Shown here: in pieces, positions 46,790-54,313 of the stretch
Position numbering within the stretch: position 1 is the stretch's first letter
How the letters are laid out: the number at the start of each line of letters is the position of its first letter
Virus record (IMG/VR): IMGVR_UViG_3300043596_000010
Location: 1-54,313 of that record
DNA: 54,313 nucleotides
Direction: 5' to 3' (one strand)
Source: a virus
Taxonomy: Duplodnaviria; Caudoviricetes
Notes under the pieces: generated by a model
Database searches by the model: none
Seen by the model: only the letters and a program-made list of their open reading frames with translations
Told to the model about the DNA's origin: nothing
Translations under genes and position numbers: made by a program

Positions 46790-49700
46790 TCAAATTGTTG
46801 GTCAGGTTGAGGGCTCATTTGGCGGCCTGTCGTCGCAAGTTGCGACGTTACAGGCCGCCAATAAGGCTTTGGGGCTGGAAAAAGAAGCCCTAAACTTTTC
46901 CACGCTTGGTACTACATTAAACGCTACCAAGCAAGAATATCGCAGTATGGGCGATCAGCTAAACCTTTTGCAAGCCCAAAGGGCTAATGGCGTAACAGGT
47001 TTGGATGCTGAGATTGACGCCTTACGGCTTTCTTCGGCTGAGCATAGAGTTCTAATTGGTGACATGGAGAATGAGCTTGAGACTAAAACTCGAGCTATTC
47101 AATCAACCCAACTAGCAAACTCTCAAGCTCAGCAAGAGATCGAATTACGCCAACAAGCTTCTAAGCAAACTATGGCACAGGGTGCAGCCCTTGCCGGCTT
47201 AGGTGTTGTTAGCACCGTTGTTGGTGCCAGCATCTTGAAGATGTATGTTAATGCTATTGGTGCAGCCATTGATTATGAAGAACAGTCTAGGAAAACGCTA
47301 ACCCAGGTCAGCGGATTTAAGGCATCTCTTAAAGACATTGAAGATGTTGGCCTACAAGTCGCCAAGGAAATTCCTGTTCCAATGGAGCAGATCCAAGCTG
47401 GCTTGTTCGACATCTTCTCCTCTATTCCAGTTCATAATATGACTGAGGCTAAAGACATTCTTACAGAAATGTCTAAGGCTGCCGTTGCAGGTTCTACAGA
47501 CATTCAAACTGTGGGGCGTTCTAGCTTTGAGATCATGAACGCCTTTGGTTTGTCTGCCAAAGACGTTAACCATATTCTTGATGTTCAGTTCAAGTTGGTA
47601 CAGCTAGGTATTGGTGACTACCAAGAAATCAATACTAACATTGGGCGTCTTGCACCAACAGCGGAAATAGCTGGACAAAGCATTGATACTATGGCTGGGT
47701 CCCTAGCTTTCATGACTCGTATTACTGGTGATGGTAGTACCGCCGTTACTTCCATTCAACGTGCCATGGAGTCTATGACCAATCCTAAGGTACAACAGGG
47801 CCTTAAGGAGATTGGCGTTAATGTTGCTGATGCCAACGGTCAATTCCGGCCATTCAAAGATATTGTTGATGACGTGTCTAAGGCTCTTAGTGGCCTAGAC
47901 CCCCAGCAACGGGCTGCGGCTATTTTCGACTTGTTCAAGAGTACCGGCAGTGGCTCACTAAATACCCGTAAGTTCTTCATGGCTGCTATTGAGAATACCC
48001 AAGAGTTTGATGATATTCTCAGCCAAACTGCTGATAACGCCGGCGAAATGCAAAAAGCGTTTGAAATTATGGCCGACAGCCCTGCAGCTAAGATTCAACG
48101 TCTTAAGAATGATTTCAGTGCCGCAAGTATTACCTTGGGCAATGAACTTATGCCCGCTGCGATTGAAGTCATTGATAAATTTACTCAGCTTGTTGAGTGG
48201 TTTGGTAAGCTAGACCCCAGAGTTAAAGAAGCTATTATTGGTTTTGGCTTACTAGCTGGTGGCTTCTTAGTAATAATGGGCGTTGTCTTATTGCTGGCAG
48301 GCGCCTTCTTAATCCTCGACGGTGCTGTGGGCTTACTTGAGCTTGAGCTTGCTCCAGTAATAGCTGCGTTTGCTTTAGCCTTTATTGGTATTATAGCTCT
48401 TGTAGCTATTGGCTATTTACTGTATCGCAACTGGGGCTCGATTACCGATGCCGCTGGTGTGTTATGGGATAAAACAGTTCAAGCTTGGAACGCCATTTAC
48501 AAAGCTGTATCAGAGGCTGTGGCTTGGTCGTGGGATGAGCTCAAGAAGTTTTGGGCTTGGCTAAGTGGCGAGTTCGTTGACATCTGGTCTCGGATTAAAC
48601 AATCTGCCGTAGATGCTTGGAATGGTATTAAGGACGCTATCGGCAATGCTTGGGATTGGATCATAGGTAAGGTAACTGGTGGTAACCTTGAGAAGTTGTT
48701 TGAGTCTCTTGTTACCAATGTTTCTATGGTTTTCAAAGAGCTTGGCCAGACTATTGTATCTATTGTTGGGTATTTAGAATCGTTCGGAAGTTACGTTGGC
48801 GGAATTCTTTCGCCCATCTTAGGTCTTTTTGTTAATACTGTCCAAGCTATAATTGGCATTATAACTGACTTTGCTGGTATTCTACTTGATATATTGATAC
48901 CGGCGATTACTGGTTTTGGTACTATATTTATGGATGTAATGAATATATTGCAAGCGACCGTTGTAGCCGTTTGGGGTATTATTCAGGGTGTTTTCCAAAT
49001 TGCACTATCAATTATAACCTTCTTGATTCAAGGTGCTGTAGCAGTTATTATTGCTGTGTGGGATGCGTTCTCTGGCGAGCTACTTGCAATTATTAAACTT
49101 GCTTGGGATTTGATTACCGCCTTGCTTACTACTGCGTTAACGTTCATGTCCAACTTTATTTCGTTCTTTATGAATTTAATTCAGGGCGATTGGTCGGGCG
49201 CTTGGGGTAATATACAAGCAATGTTCCATGCTGCATGGGACGCTATGTGGGCAATTCTACAATTCTTCTGGGGGCTAATTAAGAGTTTCTTTACAACATT
49301 GGGGCCTAATATTCTATCGGCTGTTGGCAATCTTGCTGGTACGTTAGTTAGTAAGGGCAGTGATCTTATCAACGGGCTGTGGAATGGCGCCAAAGCCATT
49401 TTCTGGTCTGTCATTGGTTGGTTCGATAGTGTGCCTGGTATGATCGTTGGCATCCTAGGTGATCTGAGTAGCTACCTATACGGTCTTGGCGCTGATCTTA
49501 TTAATGGTCTTTGGGATGGCATTAAGGCTATTTGGGATAGACTTACTAGCTGGATCGGTGATGCTGCTAGTGGAATTGCAGACACTGTTTCTTCTGTGCT
49601 GCATGTGTTGTCGCCCTCTAGGGTTATGATGGATATTGGTGTTAATGTAGGGAAAGGCTTTGAAATTGGTCTTAAGAAGTCTTTTAGGGCAGCTACCGAT

Positions 49701-49907
49701 AGTGTTCAGGATCTAGTCAATCCCCTAAGCACCATGACGGTTGATCCTCCCTCTGTGGGAGCGTTCGGTGTTAGTGGTAATAATGTAGCCTTAAATATTG
49801 CATCTGGCGCTATTGTTATTAATGTTGCTTCTGGTAATCCACAGGATATTGCCGACGCCGTAGAAGATAAGTTAGAGGACATTATGCGAGAGTTGAGTAT
49901 TCGATGA
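46734..49907 (+). CDS. Tape measure protein (likely ATG 46734)
   Basis: LVIRARDEAS start, TP901-type core, Trp-periodic repeats, SPSRVM. Confidence 0.92.
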   Translation: MPLNTREVLLVIRARDEASQIVGQVEGSFGGLSSQVATLQAANKALGLEKEALNFSTLGTTLNATKQEYRSMGDQLNLLQAQRANGVTGLDAEIDALRLSSAEHRVLIGDMENELETKTRAIQSTQLANSQAQQEIELRQQASKQTMAQGAALAGLGVVSTVVGASILKMYVNAIGAAIDYEEQSRKTLTQVSGFKASLKDIEDVGLQVAKEIPVPMEQIQAGLFDIFSSIPVHNMTEAKDILTEMSKAAVAGSTDIQTVGRSSFEIMNAFGLSAKDVNHILDVQFKLVQLGIGDYQEINTNIGRLAPTAEIAGQSIDTMAGSLAFMTRITGDGSTAVTSIQRAMESMTNPKVQQGLKEIGVNVADANGQFRPFKDIVDDVSKALSGLDPQQRAAAIFDLFKSTGSGSLNTRKFFMAAIENTQEFDDILSQTADNAGEMQKAFEIMADSPAAKIQRLKNDFSAASITLGNELMPAAIEVIDKFTQLVEWFGKLDPRVKEAIIGFGLLAGGFLVIMGVVLLLAGAFLILDGAVGLLELELAPVIAAFALAFIGIIALVAIGYLLYRNWGSITDAAGVLWDKTVQAWNAIYKAVSEAVAWSWDELKKFWAWLSGEFVDIWSRIKQSAVDAWNGIKDAIGNAWDWIIGKVTGGNLEKLFESLVTNVSMVFKELGQTIVSIVGYLESFGSYVGGILSPILGLFVNTVQAIIGIITDFAGILLDILIPAITGFGTIFMDVMNILQATVVAVWGIIQGVFQIALSIITFLIQGAVAVIIAVWDAFSGELLAIIKLAWDLITALLTTALTFMSNFISFFMNLIQGDWSGAWGNIQAMFHAAWDAMWAILQFFWGLIKSFFTTLGPNILSAVGNLAGTLVSKGSDLINGLWNGAKAIFWSVIGWFDSVPGMIVGILGDLSSYLYGLGADLINGLWDGIKAIWDRLTSWIGDAASGIADTVSSVLHVLSPSRVMMDIGVNVGKGFEIGLKKSFRAATDSVQDLVNPLSTMTVDPPSVGAFGVSGNNVALNIASGAIVINVASGNPQDIADAVEDKLEDIMRELSIR

Positions 49908-52003
49908 GCGTCGTTACATTAGTTAGGCCGAACACCTATGTTAACTCGTTCTTAAGTAACTGGAGCGATTGGCTTGTAGATACTGGCTCTGGAACACTTA
50001 TTGCTCGACTTACAGACAACTCCGACACTAGCCGTGCTAAGCAAGTAGTTAATGGTTTAGGGCTTCATGATAGAACCTTTGGTGGCTTTCAGATTTCAGG
50101 TTTTACTGTTCCACCTGGATCGTATATTGATAAGGTCCGCTATTCGGTACGCTATGATATTCAATATATCTCTAATGGCTTAACAGCTACACTAAACGGC
50201 CACATAACAAAGCTTGGCTATGCTGGCCCATTCGCTGGGCTAAGTAATATTGCAGCTAGTTGTACTGTTGCAAATGTTGGTACTACATCGCCAATTACCA
50301 CATTTACTAGTGGTTGGATTCCTCGCAACGGCGACAACAAGCTGTGGGTTCCGTCTGACTTAACTACAGATTATGCCTATTGGCTTAGTGCGTCCCCAAC
50401 TAGCGGCGCCGGGGATCTACAATTTAGAATTTATGATGTCTGGTTAGAGATCAGCACTAACACTTTCCCTAGTGTTAGTATCTCGCCTTTAGGAACGCTA
50501 ACCAACACTACAGCACCACTATTTACGTTTACTAATACTGACGCAGATGGCGATGCTATCGATCGGCTTGATTTTAAAATTTTCTCTTTGGCACAATATA
50601 CTGCACCGACATTCAGTCCAACAACTTCTGGTAGTTGGTATAGTGAATCTCGGGCTTTAAGTGTAGCTGCGGGCGGTCAGTTTACAGTAAGAACTGACAA
50701 TGCAAATCTATTTAATAGTACTAGCTATCGAATATATTATCGAATACGCCAACAGAAAGATCAGATACAACTCGATTGGCAATGGGCTGCATTCTCTATT
50801 CAACTAGATGCCCCTGTGGCGCCCACACTAACTGTGACGCCATCTAACTCCGATGCTAGCATGCAGTTTACTGTGACCAGTAAAGATAATATCCTATTAG
50901 CTGAAACGTCATCTGCTGAAGGTAGCTCAACGTTGGGTTGGGCTGCTGGGGCTAATACAACATTTAGCTCTGCTGCATCCGGCTTGTCTATGAACGGTAC
51001 TAGACTCTTCCAGCTAATCCGAGGTACTGGAACTGGTACTGCTAGTATTGTTAGTGCTCTAGCTAATGCCCCGGTCGTTGCACCTAGCACTCAGTATACG
51101 GCTATGGCGTGGTTTAGGGCTAATACAGTTACGAGATCATGTAGAATTATTATGACTTGGTATGATGCATCTGGTGCGGTTATCTCGACCGTTACAGGAA
51201 GCTCTGTTACTAACACCACAGGTGGGTGGACACAAGCTACTGCTCAAGGCACTTCGCCAAGCAATGCCGCTAAGGTTGGTTTAGAGCTTGATATTCTAGC
51301 TTGTGCTTCAGGAGAATTTCAGTTTATAGATCAGATTGGGGTTTTTCCTGGTAACACGTCATCTTGGTCTTTAGGTGGATATGCTGACGGATCTACCGTT
51401 TTTGTTCAATACTCACTCGATGGCGGTATTAATTGGCAGCCTATAAGAAATGGTAGCTTTGTTGGTTGGCCTACGCCGGCTAGAAGTGCAACTCTTAAGT
51501 GGTATGAGGCGCCACCTGGGCAACTAGTTAGTTATAGAGCCTTCGTAGAAGGTACATATGTTGGTGCTACAGTAATTGGTGCTATTACCGACACCATTAA
51601 TGCAACCTCTAATCCTACTGCTGGTAATGGTTGGTGGCTTATTGATCCACTAAATCCAACTAGTAATATGCTAATCAATATTATGAATGAGTCTTGGAAA
51701 CAAAATAGAAATAGAGAGCAAGCAGTCTATAAGGTTATGGGCCGTTCCGACCCTGTGGTTGTCTCCGATGTTGTACGCTTGCGTAAGGGATCATTCGATA
51801 TTGAATTCTTGGGCAATGCTGCATATAACTCATTTGAAGATATGTGGGAAACTAATAATATTCTTTTACTCAAGCGTATTTATTCTGATGTAGCTGAGCA
51901 AATGTATATAATGTTTGGCCAAGATTTGAACAAAGAGGAACAAAACTATAGCCCTACATATATTATTGCTAGTGTAGACTTTAACGAAGTTCTAGCGCCA
52001 TGA
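49904..52003 (+). CDS. Minor tail / distal tail protein with carbohydrate-binding-like insert
   Basis: Follows TMP; V.P..QYT..AW...W....A.SP.NA CBM-like block; YEAP.G; GR.DPVVVSDV. Confidence 0.7.
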   Translation: MSVVTLVRPNTYVNSFLSNWSDWLVDTGSGTLIARLTDNSDTSRAKQVVNGLGLHDRTFGGFQISGFTVPPGSYIDKVRYSVRYDIQYISNGLTATLNGHITKLGYAGPFAGLSNIAASCTVANVGTTSPITTFTSGWIPRNGDNKLWVPSDLTTDYAYWLSASPTSGAGDLQFRIYDVWLEISTNTFPSVSISPLGTLTNTTAPLFTFTNTDADGDAIDRLDFKIFSLAQYTAPTFSPTTSGSWYSESRALSVAAGGQFTVRTDNANLFNSTSYRIYYRIRQQKDQIQLDWQWAAFSIQLDAPVAPTLTVTPSNSDASMQFTVTSKDNILLAETSSAEGSSTLGWAAGANTTFSSAASGLSMNGTRLFQLIRGTGTGTASIVSALANAPVVAPSTQYTAMAWFRANTVTRSCRIIMTWYDASGAVISTVTGSSVTNTTGGWTQATAQGTSPSNAAKVGLELDILACASGEFQFIDQIGVFPGNTSSWSLGGYADGSTVFVQYSLDGGINWQPIRNGSFVGWPTPARSATLKWYEAPPGQLVSYRAFVEGTYVGATVIGAITDTINATSNPTAGNGWWLIDPLNPTSNMLINIMNESWKQNRNREQAVYKVMGRSDPVVVSDVVRLRKGSFDIEFLGNAAYNSFEDMWETNNILLLKRIYSDVAEQMYIMFGQDLNKEEQNYSPTYIIASVDFNEVLAP

Positions 52004-53103
52004 TTCCCGTTTCAGACGCTTTTTTAGCTGCGCTTAAGGTCAGTCATACTATAGCTACTGACGCCTTTATTTATAAAGATGGCATCTACTATGCACTGCC
52101 AATCCCATTGGTTGAAGCAAACGTCAATATCTCAGACCAATTAATACGCCGAGCGGTAACGCTAAGCTTTGTTGATCCCACAGGGGAGTTCACGCCGTCT
52201 GACGCTAGGGACTTATTTATGCCCTTAGGCACAGAGATAGTATTAGCTAGAGGCGTTAAGTTTGCGGATGGCACGCAGGAGCTATGCTCACTTGGGGTGT
52301 TTGGCTTTGCAGACGTTAAAATCTCTGATAGCGGCAGTTCTATAACCATTGATATTGATGGCTATGATCGTGGCCGGCGTATTCAACGTGCTAGAATGAA
52401 CAGAGATTATGGTATTGCGCTTGGCACTAACTACGTTGATGCTATTCAGGCATTGTTACACGACAGGTGGCCTGACATAGAAACTAACTTTCCTACTACC
52501 TCATATACTACTCCAAGCTTGTTACTTGAGCAAAGTAAAGATCCTTGGGAATTTGCTTATAATATGGCTCGAGATATTGGCTACGATTTGTTCTTTGATC
52601 GTAACGGTGTTTGTGTTATGAGCTCAACTATTAATACGGGTGCGCCGGTACTTGAGTTTACTGACGGCGTTGATGGCACACTGTTGAATCTAAGCAAGCG
52701 TTTCCAGAATGATGATGTCTATAGTCATGTTGTTGTTACAGGTGAAAACACAAACAACGTAGCCCCTGTTAGGGGCGAAGCGTTTGACGATAATCCCAAC
52801 TCGCCAACCTATTACCAAGGCCCGTTTGGCGACGTTACCTATTTCTATTCTAGTGGTCTAATCACAACCACTAACCAAGCGCTTGCTACTGCACGTAATA
52901 TGGTTCCTAAGGTGACAGGTATCCTTGAAGCGCTTGACTTTAATAGTTTAGTAAATCCGGCGTTGGCTTTGGGGGACAGAATTTCGGTAGTGCGTGATAA
53001 GATTGGCGTTAGTTCCATCTATAGCATTGAAAAGATTACTGTGCCATATACGCATGATAGAGGTATGTTTATTGTGTGTAAAAAGCGAACCTTGGATATG
53101 TAA
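52000..53103 (+). CDS. Baseplate hub / minor tail protein (DUF5047-like)
   Basis: VSDAFLAAL..SH, P.G.E....RG, LGVF, N.SPTY..GPFG.V..FYSS, NPAL..GD. Confidence 0.75.
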   Translation: MIPVSDAFLAALKVSHTIATDAFIYKDGIYYALPIPLVEANVNISDQLIRRAVTLSFVDPTGEFTPSDARDLFMPLGTEIVLARGVKFADGTQELCSLGVFGFADVKISDSGSSITIDIDGYDRGRRIQRARMNRDYGIALGTNYVDAIQALLHDRWPDIETNFPTTSYTTPSLLLEQSKDPWEFAYNMARDIGYDLFFDRNGVCVMSSTINTGAPVLEFTDGVDGTLLNLSKRFQNDDVYSHVVVTGENTNNVAPVRGEAFDDNPNSPTYYQGPFGDVTYFYSSGLITTTNQALATARNMVPKVTGILEALDFNSLVNPALALGDRISVVRDKIGVSSIYSIEKITVPYTHDRGMFIVCKKRTLDM

Positions 53104-53798
53104 TGGCTAACAACCTTCGTACAAGTACAACAGCTCGGTTTGTAGATTCTCTGACCGGGGCAAACAATCCTTCCAGGACTCCGCCCTACCTCCGGCAAGG
53201 GCTGGTTCTGACGGTGAATGTAAACAATACAATTAGGATCTCACTCGGTGGTGGCGACCCCATTGATTTAGATGTTCACTATTTAAACTCTTACTCGCCC
53301 TTAGTTGGCGATGCTATTTGGGTGTTAGTAAATGGTGCAGACATCTTAGCACTTGGCAATAACTTGCCTAGTAGTTGGGCAGGGTTTACGCCAACCTATG
53401 CTACAGTAGAAGGTACTGGTAGCCCCGCTTTAGGAAATGGCACCTTTGAGGGGGCTTACCAACGTAACGGTAATAATCTGACTGTTAGGTACACATTAAC
53501 GGTAGGTTCTACTACCAATCTTGGTGTTGGTCGAGTATTATTCTTCTTACCTGCAACACTGCAATTTGCTGGGAGTATAAATGCGTATCAATCTGTAAGC
53601 GCTTTTGTAGTTGATGCCAACACAGGTGCTGTTTATGATGGTATAGGTAGGGGTAGAGGTGGGCAGACTGGTGTCGGCCATAGCCGAGGTTTTTTAATTG
53701 CTACTGGAGGCCAAGAAGTTTCGGGCTCTAGTCCTTGGCCCATGGTATTTGCTTCAGGAGACGTTATAAGCTTGTCCGGCTCGGTGGAGATTGTGTAA
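53103..53798 (+). CDS. Minor tail / tail-tip protein
   Basis: N-terminal OB-like (L.SYSP.VGD.IWV), C-terminal beta-sandwich head. Confidence 0.7.
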   Translation: MANNLRTSTTARFVDSLTGANNPSRTPPYLRQGLVLTVNVNNTIRISLGGGDPIDLDVHYLNSYSPLVGDAIWVLVNGADILALGNNLPSSWAGFTPTYATVEGTGSPALGNGTFEGAYQRNGNNLTVRYTLTVGSTTNLGVGRVLFFLPATLQFAGSINAYQSVSAFVVDANTGAVYDGIGRGRGGQTGVGHSRGFLIATGGQEVSGSSPWPMVFASGDVISLSGSVEIV

Positions 53799-53801
53799 TT
53801 C

Positions 53802-54098
53802 ATGTCAAATATTCTTTGGGCACAAGCGGCGGGCTTGGCTGCTGTAATTGTGTCTGTTTGTTCGTTTCTTTATACGGTTTGGAAAGGGTCAAAAGCCGAA
53901 AAAAGTTTAGGCATTTCAGCAAATATTCAAACAACTTTCGACGCTCAACTACGGTTAATAAATGAGTTACAACAAGAGGTTAGTTCTCTCAGAAAGCAAA
54001 ACACAGCTCAAAATGCTGCACTTGCAGAAGCTGAGAAACGTATTCAACACTTAGAACGCTCTCTGTGGGAGTACACAAGAAAAGATGTCAAGTCCTGA
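53802..54098 (+). CDS. Membrane-anchored coiled-coil protein
   Basis: N-terminal TM followed by heptads. Confidence 0.65.
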   Translation: MSNILWAQAAGLAAVIVSVCSFLYTVWKGSKAEKSLGISANIQTTFDAQLRLINELQQEVSSLRKQNTAQNAALAEAEKRIQHLERSLWEYTRKDVKS

Positions 54099-54309
54099 AG
54101 ACAACTCAAAAACTGCTGAAGAAGTCTCTTACTTCAAATTAATGCGCCTGTGGCGTCGACTTACTATTGTTCTTGCAGTTTGCTTATTTATTTTTACTGG
54201 GGCTTACATCATTCAAACTATAAGTAGAAATGATACCCTAGGAGATTTAAAAACGCAGCTAAATGACGTTCAAAAGACAATAGATTCTTGCTATGTTAGT
54301 AGTAGCTAG
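54085..54309 (+). CDS. Small membrane protein
   Basis: Single TM; spans the terminal overlap. Confidence 0.6.
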   Translation: MSSPEDNSKTAEEVSYFKLMRLWRRLTIVLAVCLFIFTGAYIIQTISRNDTLGDLKTQLNDVQKTIDSCYVSSS

Positions 54310-54313
54310 TGGC
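54166..54313. repeat. Terminal direct repeat (copy 2)
   Basis: Matches 1-148 with one mismatch. Confidence 0.95.

Overview
The window is an apparently complete, circularly assembled ~54.2 kb tailed-phage (siphovirus-type) genome; the first and last 148 nt are the same sequence with one mismatch. The minus-strand arm (897-30725) carries a resolvase, amidase endolysin, a family-4 UDG fused to PolA, a RepB-type primase fused to a DUF3987-like domain, an SSB/Sak4-like/Cas4-like recombination trio, an SNF2 helicase, many small hypothetical genes, two tRNAs and a DUF932-like gene. The plus-strand arm (31993-54313, continuing to 837) carries terminase, a Mu-like head module, a non-contractile tail and membrane/holin genes. 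No integrase, repressor or partition gene was recognised. The host is probably Gram-positive type, most likely Actinomycetota (inferred from SOS-box type and gene styles). The most unusual signals are non-coding: (1) the octamer CCTGTGGG in at least 32 exact dispersed copies versus about 1 expected; (2) a family of covarying hairpins separating small early genes like cassettes; (3) LexA-type SOS boxes in the control region and inside the head-gene promoter; (4) structured, partly pseudoknotted RNAs abutting tRNA 3' ends and an HNH gene fused to a tRNA 5' fragment; and (5) PolA with His at E. coli position 762. All calls come from manual motif reading; no searches or folding programs were run.
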